Origin: Octopus vulgaris
Lineage: Eukaryota
DNA length: 64,000 bases
Direction of reading: 5' to 3'
NCBI GenBank assembly: GCA_951406725.2
Contig: OX597817.1
Location: 54,002,001 to 54,066,000 of the forward strand
Part shown: positions 12,809 to 25,910 of the stretch, in pieces
Position numbering within the stretch: the first letter of the stretch is position 1
Layout of the letters: every line of letters begins with the position of its first letter
The notes under the pieces: model-generated
The model's database searches: none
Told to the model about the DNA's origin: nothing
Seen by the model: only the letters and a program-made list of their open reading frames with translations
Program-made: the position numbers and the translations under genes

Positions 12809-13579
12809 TTAAAGTTACAAAATGAAAAATATTTTCTCAAACTATGAAAAGGTGCCACCGGTGAACCATTTGGCAGTTGTGCGAAGTTTTCGATGAACCG
12901 CCAGTGGTATATGTGGTGGTTTCAAATTCCGTCGAGGTCGACTTTGCCTTTCATCCTTTCGGGGTCGATTAAATAAGTACCAGTTACGCACTAGGGTCGA
13001 TATAATAGACTTAATCCGTTTGTCTGTCCTTGTTTGTCCCCTCTGTGTTTAGCCCCATGTGGGTAGTAAAGATATAGGTATATGTGATGGTTAGCCTCTA
13101 GACATGACCACCTCGTCCCTGTCAGTATCTGTGACTACATATCTACAATTTTCGCCTATTGAGATTGAAGGGTATAAGTTGAGGGAGATTTGGCTGCTAT
13201 TAGCAGGCGGAGCAACTTCGTAGACTTCATCATTATTTCGTAAATATATTTAATAAAATCATTTGCTGCAGAGTAGTCGATTGTATTCACCCCAGTATTT
13301 AACTGGTACTATGTCGGCCAAGTCTCGTTGAGACATTTAATCTGTTGCTCGACCGAATCTAAAATAGATCTGAATTTAGATTTTATTGCATTTTAACCAG
13401 AGGTTCCGTACGTGAGCACAGTAGATTCATTGGATCCATTTATCGATCCTAGAAGAATGAAAACCATCATTGGCACCGACAGAATTTCCACTGAACCCTG
13501 CCCCCATCAGTTTATTGGTCAATAATTGGTGAATCAAAAGTGAAAGCTGATAAATCCTCGCTTTATGCCATATTCCTGT

Positions 13580-13804
13580 GGGCATGTGGCGTAGTGGTTA
13601 AGAGCGCGGGCTACTAACCCCAAGATTCCGAGTTCGATTCCAAGCAGTGACCTGAATGATAATAACATCGAAAAATACCTTAGGAATGAGAACCCAGGTT
13701 CGAAATTTCCCCCAAAACACCCGATGAAGGTTGGAGGGTATATCAGCCCAAACTTTAAGAACAAACAAGATGAGGTCAAATATTCGTCAAATGTATATAA
13801 TGTA
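13580..13804 (+). mobile_element. tRNA-headed SINE-like element with a degenerate hammerhead in its tail
   Basis: A box TGGCGTAGTGG and B box GAGTTCGATTCC, followed by the same body as 21975-22122 (-), including AACAC-CCGATGA-AGGTTG...CAGCC-CAAAC. Confidence 0.65.
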
Positions 13805-14029
13805 TACTATGAACAAATCGTGGGCATAATGAAAGCAGGATCTCTTTTTATTCTGAAGTCTGTTTAAATCGGGACCGATTCGGGCATAACAGTAGCAATG
13901 AAGATATTTTGTTTTCGGAATATGAAATCAGTAAAGAGATCAGTCCTTGTAAATAGGGAAGATGTCGTCAAAAATAAACATGAAGTTCGCGTTTCGTGTG
14001 TGAATCCTTATGAGTCAGTATCTCAGGAA

Positions 14030-14200
14030 GCCAACACCAGCACCCACAAAGTACACCTCCTGCATTTAAGATGGTCCTGCACCCGAAAGCAAGCCATTGC
14101 TTCGTATGAAGTCACCCATCACACACTATCCCCTGGCCTACAGATTTGCTGTGCCTCCTCTTTGTACCTTTTCTACCGTTACTACACTTTGCTTCATAGA
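14030..14200 (+). pseudogene. Degenerate CR1-group LINE fragment
   Basis: Frameshifted PLAYR..SSLYLFYRYY resembles the LQPLSHRRxVASLSLFYRYY motif of invertebrate CR1-like ORF2. Confidence 0.5.
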
Positions 14201-16446
14201 GATGTCATCTCTATTGCTTGTCACCACTGTTGCTTGTGTGAACAAGAAGCAGAATTCCAGAGAACTAATGTTTTGAGGGGAAAGGACTTGGCATCGTGCC
14301 GCCTCCCTCGGGTATTTTCCATCCGCTATTATCCCACCCAGGTTCCTTAACCACGATGCCAAGTCCTTTCACCTCAAAACATCAGATTTTCCTGTAAACG
14401 TCTGCTCACAAGGATTCAAGGGGAATATTAACGATTTTGCTAGTCTTGGAGTCTTAAGATTAAGAATACGTCCACTCTCTTCCCCCAGTCTGAACAAACC
14501 CTGAAATGAAGGGAACAACTACGAAGTAATTCCATCTGCTAAAAGCATTGCCATATTCTTCACCACACTCTACTTTAAAAGTACTGTTTCTGTAGATTCG
14601 TTTGAAGCAAATAAATGGAATGATCATGACTGCTTTTGCCCAGGGACGAGGTTGGCGGGACAAGAGGCGAGGTATTAAACCACAACAACATTTGAAGTAG
14701 ATATATGTGGGAAATGAAACGGATTATATCTTCACGCAAAGGTGGACTCCCTAAAATCGCCACAGAACTGACTAAATCGTAGATTGTACTACAGAATCGA
14801 AGACAAACGAGACTATCCCCCAAATATTTTCCTCTCGGCATCTTAATTTTTCAAAATTTCTTATATTTCGTCAAATGTCATGGAACATAATTACAATTTC
14901 ATTTTATTCTTAATTTGATTTTAAGTTACTCTTGTAATATTTTTAAGCAACAAAACTGGACGACTGAATTGCAGAGTCCAAACTTCATTGCGGTTTTAGT
15001 TCCGATTCTTTACGCTCAGAGTTCAAGTTTGTCAAGGTCACTTTTGTTTTTTTCAGCCTTTTTTGGTGGCCGTTTAAACAAAAGACCAGTCAAAGAAAGG
15101 GATTGGCGGAATTGTTAAAGCGTTGGTAGGATGGCTTGCAGTAGTTCTGGTTTTGTACACTCTGAGTTCAAATTCCGTTCTGTTGCCGAAACAGACATCA
15201 TTTTTGTCAGGATCTGCGACCGACAAATAGCTTAAATAATTTGAACTGTGTGTGTGTATATGTTTGTGTGTCTGTGTTTGTCCTCCCACCAACATCGCTT
15301 GACAACCGATGCTGGTGTGTTTACGTCCCCGTAACTTAGCGGTTCGGCAAAAGAAACCGATAGAATAAGTACTAGGCTCACAAAGAATAAGTCCTGGGGT
15401 CGATTTGCTCGACTAAAGGCGGTGTTCCAGCATGGCCGCAGTCAAATGTCTGAAACAAGTAAAAGAGTATCGACGAAGAAAACGAACCTTCGTTGACTCA
15501 ATCAGTGGCACCACGGGGTGGTCCGAAAGTCTTGTTACCTACTACCAACAAGTACTAAGAACAATAAGGGAACACAGAGGAACATTATAATAATATCAAA
15601 CACATGTACTGGTTTTAGTACTTTCACTGACCCTGTCACACATCGAGAAGGTCTATATGAACACCAACAGCTTCGTGGCACAAAATGATGCGGTGCCATG
15701 TCCTGTGTGATATTTTACGAAGCTGTTCTTTGGTGATTGTTGCAAAGGTTGCCAAAACGGTGTCCTTCATCTGTTGGGTATTCTGGCACTATTCCTGCGA
15801 AACTCTCTCCTTGATACCCCACCGAACAGAGCGTTGTCGCAAGACGTGAGGTCTGGACTTCTGGGAGGCCGATCGAGAGCTGCTGGAAGTTGTGATTTTC
15901 GCCCCGTTCATCTTGCCCGAAAAACATCATTCGGGTATTCCCTGACATTGATGGCATAGTGGGGGTGGGGCACCGTGTTGTTGAAACCAACATCCATTGA
16001 AAACAAAAACAAAAAAAAATTGAAACGATATTCACAAGTGGTGACAGGACTTTCGGACCACCGCTACTACTACTACTACTACTTGTAATTTTAAAGTAAA
16101 TCTGAATGGTTAATTCACTCATCTCGGTAATTATTTCGTGCTTTTGTGCCATCACGCGAAGGCACATGGCCTAGTGGTTAGGGTGTTACCCTCACAATTG
16201 CTAGATCGTGGGTTCGACTCCTAAGCCGAGCAGTATGTTATGTTATTGAGCAACTTCATTTCACGTTATTCCAGACCACTCGGCAGTAAATGGATAATTT
16301 TGCGATGGGAATAGCCCCCCCCCCCCCCATCAGGGGGCAATATTGTCCTTACCTGGCCAGCAGGTGGCGAGCGCATTGTGACCAGTTAAGTATAACCACA
16401 TACAATAGTCTGGTCGATCACGTGATTATGCAGCCATATAACCATA

Positions 16447-16935
<489 letters not shown>

Positions 16936-18554
16936 TAGGTCCATGTGCATTTAAATGCCCACAAAATAAAAGATCTCCATCATTTGGTTTATAGTTTGTG
17001 GACACGCGTTTGTCATTTAAAACAGTAATAGAGCTTCATGCTGGATCTTAGTAACTGATCTACGATGAAATGTGTTCCCCCTCATGACCATGCAGTTTTT
17101 TTTTCAGGAAAAAGTCCTACGCTAGGTGTGTATGTTATTTGAAGAAAACTTTGCTATTTCTGTGGTGAATTCGTTGATCAGAACCGGCTCAAGTCACCCC
17201 GGGCGTGAATACTGATGCAAATACAAGTAAGGATCAGAGAAGCGTCATCCCTGCTGTGTCTAACTAGTCCCGCCCTTCATTAACCTTTACGTTCAGTCAT
17301 TCTTGTCCTGTATGTCAGTTCTCTGGAACTCCGTCCCTTCTGATGTCGATTTCGAACCGTTTAAGTACAACCGGCAATCTCATCAAGCTTGCTTGGTGAG
17401 GATGGTGATTTGGACACCGAGATATGAAAAACGAAATAAATCAAAGGGTGGAGGAACTCTGAGTCAACGGCCATCTAATAATGTGTATAGAGAGGTTAAC
17501 CTGAATGACGACAAATCTCCGAGCCAGGGTCACGGGCGAAGCCACGGGAAGCAGCATGGCAGATGTGAAGTTAGGCGCATTGATCTTCATTCGACGTATG
17601 ATCTGCATTCGGCGAAACTACGCGGCGCGGTGTGGGCGGAAGAGCTTCTTCAGCCACTAGTCTGTCCTGGGTCGTTCAATACAGTTAGCAGGTTACTGCC
17701 TGTTGACAGAACCGGTGATTGGTCAACCCACTTTAGCTACTTGAAAACACTATGGCGTTCTGAATCCCATAGTGCCATCAATTGAAATTGGATTAAACAA
17801 ATTTTTAACAGCATCACTCAGCGTTTCTTGTCACTGAATACCACTGACGCTGCATCTTCCTCCAGACTCGACAAGAAGAAACCTATGGGGCTTCGGGATT
17901 TAGATGGGATAAAATAAGCGTCAGTGAATTATTCAGGGGAGGAGAACCAACGATCACGATCGGTTTTACTGGTTCTTCCTTATTGGTGGGAATTAAATTG
18001 TCTGAGTTTCAGAAAAACGCAAACTGTTATAAACACAATTATAATACCTCGAGATCACTTGTGAGGTAATCTCAAAACCTTTATCGAAAAGACCCTACTG
18101 CTATCTAAATCAATTACAAAGGTCACCCCACTGCCGTCCATTTAAAAGAGACGGTCAGACAATACTCTGTGTGTTAGTTTGAGTGAAAAAGTACAATGAA
18201 AGAGGTCGAGAGAGCAGTGAACGTGGCTTTTCTTTTCAATCAAGCTCTTCGCTTAAAGAAACCGACGTCCTGCTTTCTCATATTCTGAGAGGTTCGTGTG
18301 AAATAGGGGTGGGGGGAAAGAGTTGACACTACAAATTTAGTTTAAAATTTGAACTTCATTTTACAAAATACTTTGATCCAAATCATTAACTTGACGGAAC
18401 CGCCCACGTCTTCTTTCAATCTAAACCTCCAGCTTTCACGAATGTGTATCACAGAAAATTTTATTTTAGGAAATGTCTGATAATTGTGTGTATGCACGAG
18501 AGAAGTCAGACCTGTCTCTCTTATAGTTAATAGGTGTGTGTGTGTGTGTGTATG

Positions 18555-18614
<60 letters not shown>

Positions 18615-18615
<1 letters not shown>

Positions 18616-18832
18616 ACGAGGGGGTGCTGAAATGTTTATGGCTTTAAGAGTCTCGGGAAAGGCCTGGTTAGGGGCCCAACCTTCTGAGTTCTTTTACAGG
18701 GCTTAGGAAAACTGAAGAACCGCAACAATAAGTGTAAATCTGAGAGGGGAATATGTTAAATAAAGTCATAATTAACTGATCCTCCTGTATTTTGTTTTAC
18801 CCAAAACCAGGAACTTTCAACAACCCCTCGTG
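18615..18832 (+). mobile_element. Mariner-derived MITE
   Basis: CACGAGGGG..CTGAAA / TTTCAACAACCCCTCGTG termini; internal remnant of a mariner C-terminus (GLxKL..R.NKC..LRGEYV). Confidence 0.7.
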
Positions 18833-18873
18833 TATATATATTGTGTACACACACACACACACACACAGACACA

Positions 18874-18971
<98 letters not shown>

Positions 18972-19615
18972 TAAAATATATATATGTGTTTGACTTTCGC
19001 AACCACTTTAGTATGTATACACTTGCGTAGCTAGTGTGTGTGCCGCTCGGGGTGGCCCTTCAGTTTGCTGCCCCCAGGCTCCACAAAAAAACACATTGCC
19101 TACAGCAAACCCAGAAGTGCCGCCCGAGACGAATCGCCCCTACCGCCCTCCAACTACACTAGTGTACGCGTATTTCAAATTTAAACTTCTAAAATTTCAT
19201 TCAACAGATATGTTTCCAAAGCACATATTTATGAAACATTAACGGCATCACTGCCTTGAGACCAGACAAGGTCTGAAAACGCCATGAATACTGACCATTC
19301 CATCAAACTCAGCAAATATAAGAAAAAGAGGAAGACAAATTACTTACCGAATATATATAATCTCTCGGTAATCCTTGTAGTTTATATTAAACCCAATCAA
19401 GTCGCCCACTTAGCGTCTGTTGTTTATATGTAAAGGTTCCGAAATAACGTTTTATCAGTAAATTATTACATTCTTAGTTGTTCGTATGCTCGGTCTAATG
19501 AGCTTATCACGAATCAAAGTACAAACTTTTGACTTTTAATTAGATTCCTTTTCACACAAAACACAGCCTTTATTTTCCAAAGTATAAAGGTTATGCGATA
19601 TATTCATGCGGGGAA

Positions 19616-20270
19616 AAGGCGGCGAGATGGCAGAATCGTTTGCACGCCGGGCGAAATGCGTAACCGTATTTCGTCTGCCGTTACGTTCTGATTCCGCTGA
19701 ATTCGACTTTGCCTTTCATCCTTTCGGGGTCGATTAAATAAGTACCAGTTAAACACTGGGGTCGTTGTAATCGACTGAATCCGTTTGTCTGTCCTTGTTT
19801 GTCCCCTTTGTGTGTAGCTCCTTGTGGGCAGTAAAGAAACAAGAAACGTTTGCACGCCGAGCGAAATGCTTAGCAGTATTTCGTCTGCCGTTACGTTGTG
19901 AGTTCAAATTCTGCCGAGGTCGACTTTGCCTTTCATCCTTTCGGAGTTGATAAATTAAGCACCAGTTACGCACTGGGTCGATGTAATCGACTTAATACCT
20001 ATGTCTGTCCTTGTTTGTCCCGTCTATGTTTAGCCCCTTGTGGGTAATAAAGAAATAGGTATTTCGTCTGCCGTTACGTTCTGGGTTCAAATTCCGCTGA
20101 GGTCGACTTTGCCTTTCATCCTTTCGGGGTCGATAAATTAAGTACCAGCTTCGCACTGGGGTCGATATAATCGACTTAATCCTTTCGTCTGTCGCTACGT
20201 TCTGAGTTCAAATTTCGCCGTGCTTAATTCCTCTGTGTTTAGCCCCTTGTGGGGGCAGTAAAGAAATAAA
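19616..20270 (+). mobile_element. tRNA-derived SINE family 2, head-to-tail multimer (other arrays or copies about 714-1111-, 4104-4660-, 7994-8195+, 8480-8865-, 10075-10720+, 12920-13080+, 25160-25565+, 26639-26960+, 27248-27632-, 30780-31171-, 47345-47572-, 49316-49685-, 56333-56519-, 57682-57993-)
   Basis: Head GGCGGCGAGCTGGCAGAA..GAGTTCAAATTCC and core GCCTTTCATCCTTTCGGGGTCGATAAATTAAGTACCAG recur more than 20 times in the window. Confidence 0.88.
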
Positions 20271-20853
20271 TATTCATGCGGGAGATTCAACTACCGCTCA
20301 ATGTTGTCGGTTATCTGGTTTCGATATCTGGTCACAGCTATTTTAACTCCACTTTTTTTTTTAGTATCTCCATTTTAAGCTTGATTGGTCGGACTCCTGA
20401 TCAAAAGCCTTCCAACCATGACAATCTCGTTTGTTTTAATGGTTATACGAGTACGTTATCTGTGTTCGTTTCCCTATCATAGTACGTAGGAAGAGATCTG
20501 AGGGCAAATTAACTATCTGGGTTCAGTTCTATCGCGTGGTACTTTGGGCAACTGTCTCCTATGGCCTCGGACCGACCAAAGCCTTGCAAGAGGATTTGGT
20601 AGACGTAACTGAAAGAAACCTGTCGCGTACATAAAAAATGTAAGCATGTGTGAATCGTTGGCGATTATTTTTCCTCCGTCTTCCCTTTCTCTTGAACTTT
20701 CTTCTCTCTCCTGTTTCCAAAGATCTTTGCTCGAAACGTAAAAACCACCTTTCTTTCCTTCCCTAAACGTCTGCTAATACTTTGCATGTACCACGTACTC
20801 GCATTGTTGTTTTTTTGTGCTCGTATTTTTTTTTTACTATACATACATTTGTG

Positions 20854-20939
<86 letters not shown>

Positions 20940-22035
20940 TTATTTATGTATTGGTTTGTCTAGCACTGCTTGAGTTGCATAATAGTGGTTTTATCTCTAA
21001 TTTATATTTATACTGTGAAATTTGATTTAATACAAAATTGAATTTTTCCCTGTAAGTTTGGAGTTATACTCCCTATTATTATTATTATTATTACTACTAT
21101 TATATATTTATATATATATATATACATGGTTTTGCTGAAATGAAATGCCATTAGCTAATATGTTTTTTTATTAATTGTAACAACTTCTGTTTAGCCTTTT
21201 CCAATATTCTCTACATGAAATCTTGATATTTAACTATTTTCTATGCGGATGGCGTCTCTGAGAGATGGTTTTGACCCAGGTCAGTCCTAATAGAACAGAA
21301 AGACGTAACAAAGCGTGATTATTTTATCTTCTGCAGTAATGTTCCGCGGGCAACATTATCGAATGCGTTTCTTTTTGAGGCAGATTTGACTGTTGTTTCT
21401 CGAAGCAGAGTGACCACTTTGAGGCTCCTTTTAACTTGTATTTAAGAGTACTGGGAAATTATTAATGTTAGTTATCTGAAGCGGATTCCATTTTTAGTTG
21501 AGGTTCGGGGATTCACTTCGCTAAGGGATTGAGAATTGGTGCGGCGACTGAGCGAAATTTTTGTGTAGAAGTGAAATATCCATGCGGGAAACCTCGTTCT
21601 AAGTACCGGAGTTCGAAACTGCTAAAGGTATTTAATTTTTATGGTTAATATAAAGATCTTCACCCATTAATAAAATCAAAAAAAAAAAAAAAGACACCTC
21701 AGCTTGCCGGGTGTTAACAACTGTGTAGAAAACGAATATGACAAAACTTTGCGCAAACGAACCTGGGGTGGGTAGGTAGAGGACTTCCGGAAAATTCACA
21801 AGGTCCAATTTTTCTGTCATAACTTTCGGGAAAATGGATGTTTTTTACGGGTGAGGGTGGGAGGAGGATTAAAATTTTGAAAATACGATTTTTGAAGATA
21901 TTTTTTTTCCAGAATTGGATCCTCCATAACCAAAAAAAGTGGGATTCCGTAAAAAAATCTAGTTCCATATTTAAGAGATGAGGAATTATTTACATTATAT
22001 ACATTTGACGGATATCTGTCCTCGTCTTGTTTGTT

Positions 22036-22081
22036 AACACAACGCTTCGGCTGATATACCCTCCAGCCTTCATCAGGTGTT
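22036..22081 (-). ncRNA. Minimal hammerhead motif with GAAA>GAAG change
   Basis: Reverse complement: AACAC-CTGATGA-A-GGCTG gagggtatat CAGCC-GAAG-CG-TT-GTGTT. Lies inside repeat 21975-22122, which is homologous to 13675-13804. Confidence 0.6.
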
Positions 22082-22341
22082 TTGGAGAAAATTTCGAACC
22101 TGGGTTTTCATTCCTAAGGTATGAGAACTCACTAATTCACAAGGCTTTAGTCGGTCCGAGGCTATAGTAGAAGACACTTGCCCAAGGTGCCATACAGTGA
22201 GACTGAACCCGGAACCATGTGGCTGATAAGCATGCTACTTACCACACAGCCACTGTGAAATTCGTTTTGACTTTGTCCTGTCAGAATCAATTCTATCCAA
22301 TATGGTTTCCTCATTCTTTATTTTTTCGTTTCCTTTTCCAG

Positions 22342-22378
22342 ATGATTACATTGAAAGAACTCTTTTTACAGAATAGAA
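22342..22378 (+). CDS. MFSD1-like MFS transporter, coding exon 1 (MITLKELFLQNR + 1 nt)
   Basis: Polypyrimidine tract ...tccttttccAG, then ATG; GTAAGT donor at 22379. The phase-1 end joins the next exon (a+aa = K, FFRFVVL). The ATG follows an acceptor directly, so an upstream exon must exist. Confidence 0.7.
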
Positions 22379-22752
22379 GTAAGTAATGAACCAATATTTA
22401 TGGGGTTGTAACAGGAAATAAAATTTTTAGTCCTTTTCTTTTCTTTTTAAATGCGGCCATACTGGGGCACCGCTTTGAAATTTAGTCGAATGAATCGATC
22501 CCAGAACTTAAGTCGGGGACTTATTCTTGTATCCTTTTGCCGAACCGCTAAGTTACGGGGACATAAACGTACCCGACAACAGTTGTCAAGTGTTGGCGGG
22601 AAACACACACACACAAATCTAAAGAGGGATGACCACTAAGTGGACATCCATTATGCTAGAAGTCGACCCCCCATGTTCTAACCACTAAGAAAGGAATGTT
22701 CTCACTGCCCCTCTCTTATTTTGAATTTTATATATATATATATATATATATA

Positions 22753-23395
22753 TTAGTTAGTTAGTTAATTTGGCTCAAAAGCAAATAGCAAGGCCATGTA
22801 GGGGGACATGGAGTTAAGTACAGGGTGGTGTTCATGTAAAGAGTTCAGGCCACTTGAGGTCCAGGGAGGCTTTGAACAAAGCGGTCGTCGGCATCTTCAC
22901 CATCTCGTCTGGCAGCTTGTTCCACGGATCCGCAACCTGACGGACGGAGAAAGCTCCTCTCCTTCGATTGAGATGAAATCGTCGCAGGTAGAGCTTTTCG
23001 GAATGACCCCGCAGCCGACGCTCTGGAGCAGGAGTGAAGAACAGCTCTTTCGAGAGGTTACACTTTCCGCTTATGATGTTGTGGGCGAGAATGAGATCAC
23101 CACGGCGGCGGCGTTTTTCCAGAGAATAAAGGTCGAGCGTCCTCAGCCTTTCTTCGTAGGACAAATTTTTGAGACCATGAACCATGCGGGTAGCCAGCTT
23201 CTGGACTCTTTCGAGATGCTGTATGTCTTTGAGGAGATAAGGAGAAGAGGCTTGAATCCCATACTCCAATATGGGTCTCACCAGCGTGACATAGAGTGGT
23301 AGGAATATGGCTGCTGTGAGCATTCCGAATGACCGTCGAATCAAGAACAGAATTCCGCGTGCTTTGTTGGCAGCATGGACACACTGGGCCGAAGA
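22753..23395 (-). mobile_element. 5'-truncated CR1-clade LINE (ORF2 C-terminus), intronic, antisense
   Basis: LYVTLVRPILEYG...LERVQKLATRMV...LSYEERL...LEKRRRRGDLI...RGHS...WNKLP; (TAAC)n tail. Confidence 0.92.
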
Positions 23396-24223
23396 TAAAT
23401 GCAAATAATTAGAAAATGGAGAAAACCATAGATTAACAAACACATCGATTGGACCACATTTATAGCTTATTTATTTATACAAAGCATGACAAAACAAATC
23501 TTACAGCAGTTTCTAATTAGATTCCCAGGATGCAGTCTTAACATAAAAGCGAGAATTAAATTCTTCATCTTCATGGGGCATTCGAATTAAGGCAACCGAT
23601 CTTCATCAGTGAAAAACAGGAACATACAATATAAACAAAAGGAAGACGGAAAAGGAAAGAAAATATGGCTTAGACAAATAGTCGAGAAGCACAATATGTT
23701 AAGTGCAAATAATTATTTACCATCAGGGCTACAAGAGCGTCTATGGTAAGGAAAAGGAAGGATCCATTTAGGATCAACAGGTTTTGAGCAATAAAAAAAA
23801 TCTTGTAACGTGGTGTTTATTACTGCACAAATACTGGGCTCGTATCTGCTACCGGTCAAAGGCAGAAACGTTAGCACGCCAGGCGAAATGCTTTGCGGTA
23901 CTTCGACTGCCGCTACGTTCTGAGTTCAAATTCCGCCGAGGTCGACTTTGCTCTTCATCCTTTCAGGATCGATTAAATAAGTACCAGTTACGCAATGCGA
24001 TGCATACAACGCATTACTCTTTTACTTGTTTGTCATTTTGACTGCGACCATGCTGGAGCACTGCCTTTAGTCGAGCAAATCGACCTCAGGACTTATTCTT
24101 TATAAGCCTAGTATTTATTGTATCGTCTCTTATGCCGAAACGCTAAATTAGGGGACGCAAACACACCAACATCGGTTTCAAGCGATGGTAGTGGGACCAC
24201 ACACACTACATACATAGTCGACA

Positions 24224-24259
<36 letters not shown>

Positions 24260-25803
24260 TTTAGTTTCCGTCTACTTAATCCACTCAAGGCTTTTGTCGG
24301 CTATAGTAAAAGACACTTGCTCAAGGTGTCACGCAGTGGGACTGAACCCGGAACCATGTGGCTGGGAAGCAAGCTTCTTACTACACTGCCACTTCTGCTC
24401 CCGGGAGGACGAAAGGCAAAGTTGACCTCGGTGGAATTTGAACTCAGAACGTAGCGACAGGCGAAATATCGCTAAGCGTTTCGTCCAGGGCGCTAACGAT
24501 TCTGCCAGCTCGCTGCCTTGTGCGAAACTTTGAAACAACTATTTTATTATTATTATCATTATTAGTATTGAGGCGCCGAGCTGGTAGAATCCTTAGCACG
24601 CCGGGCGAAATGCTTAAAGGCATTTCGTTCGGTTTTACGTTCTGAGTTCAAATCCCGTTGAGGTTGGCTTAGCCATTTATCTTTTGGGGGTCGTTAAAAT
24701 AAGTACCTGGTTGATGGAATTGACTGACCCCTCACCTGAAATTGCTGGCCTTGTGCCAAAATTTATAACCAATTTTGTGGGTCTCTGATTCTCTCAATGA
24801 AAACCTGTAATTTAGGACGTTGCTTACTCATCAGTCCCTCTGTGAAATACAAGCAGCGTGTAAAGTGTGTGGTTGGTGTTTGAAGTTTGCATTGAAAATG
24901 TGAATAGAGGTTCGGGGTGGATTTCGTAGCAGATACGGGTGATTGGAAAGGATGCATTGTGACGGTGCGGGAAATCGTGGAGCGGTGAAGCGGATTGTCT
25001 TTGTGGGACAGTTTCCAGTAAAGAAACTGAAGTGGAAACAGCTCAGGTAGTTTAAGAATCTCTTTTAGTTACATTTAGAAGTGTGGTTTTGGAGGGAAAG
25101 GTCATTTGTGGATTGTCACGTGCAAATTGAAGTGTCGATGATACAATACGAACCAATCAGGCGGCGAGCTGGCAGAGATGTTAGCACGCCGGGCGAAGTG
25201 CTTCGCGGTATTTCGCCCGTCGCTATGTTCGGAGTTCAAATTCCGTCGGGGTCGACTTTGCCTTTTATCCTTTCGGGGGTCGATAAATTAAGTACCAATT
25301 ACGCACTGGAGTCGCTATAATCGACTTAATCCGTTTGTCTGTCCTTATTTGTCCTCTCTGTGTTTAGCCCCTTGTGGGTAGTAAAGAAACAGGTATTTGG
25401 CCCGTCGCTACGTTCTGGGTTCAAATTCCGCCGAAATCGACTTTGCCTTTCATCCTTTCGGGGTCGATAAATTAAGTACCTGTTACGCACTGGGGTCGAT
25501 GTAATCGACTTAATCCATTTGTTTGTCTCCTCTATGTTTAGCCTCTTGTGGGTAATAAAGAAACAGATACAATACGAACCATTTACCTCTCGATTGTTTG
25601 TACCAAACACTAACCTTCTCTATGTCCACGTTTGACTATTTTCTCAAAACTAAATTTATCGAAGTAATCCAATTTGGAATATTCTAAAAATTGAATTATT
25701 GTTGCAAGTTTTTAATTCTAAATTTTGAATACAATTATCAGCTAATTTCATTTCCCTTAATTTCGCTGTAAATGCCACTAAATTTTTCTATTTTATTTTC
25801 TAG

Positions 25804-25910
25804 AATTTTTTCGATTTGTCGTGCTGACTTTAACCAGTCTCCTGTCATTTGGGGCTAATTACTGCTATGATATGCCGGCCGTTTTACAATATACACTGCA
25901 AGAAAATTGG
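25804..25910 (+). CDS. MFSD1-like exon 2 (KFFRFVVLTLTSLLSFGANYCYDMPAVLQYTLQENW), TM1
   Basis: ttttattttctAG acceptor. The FGxYxCYDxPxxLQ-type motif is typical of MFSD1 TM1. The donor is weak (GTACCA), but phase 0 fits exon 3. Confidence 0.85.

Noticed and set aside
13580-13652. Functional tRNA gene
   Set aside because: The acceptor and anticodon stems pair poorly and it runs into a repeat body; treated as a SINE head.
15715-15960. Faint RTE-like remnants here and at about 54850-55720
   Set aside because: Only a few residues are suggestive (RMMFFG; WKKPRG), too weak to call.
17303-17785. 160-aa ORF in relatively GC-rich unique-looking sequence
   Set aside because: No recognisable motif, a non-ATG start and no convincing splice sites; possibly an old element.
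19616-20270. Regularly repeated units resembling a CRISPR or satellite array
   Set aside because: The units are whole SINE monomers without unique spacers; the context is eukaryotic and there are no cas genes.
21500-21627. Candidate upstream (5' UTR) exon of the transporter ending AAG|GTATTT
   Set aside because: The position is plausible, but it cannot be supported without transcript data.
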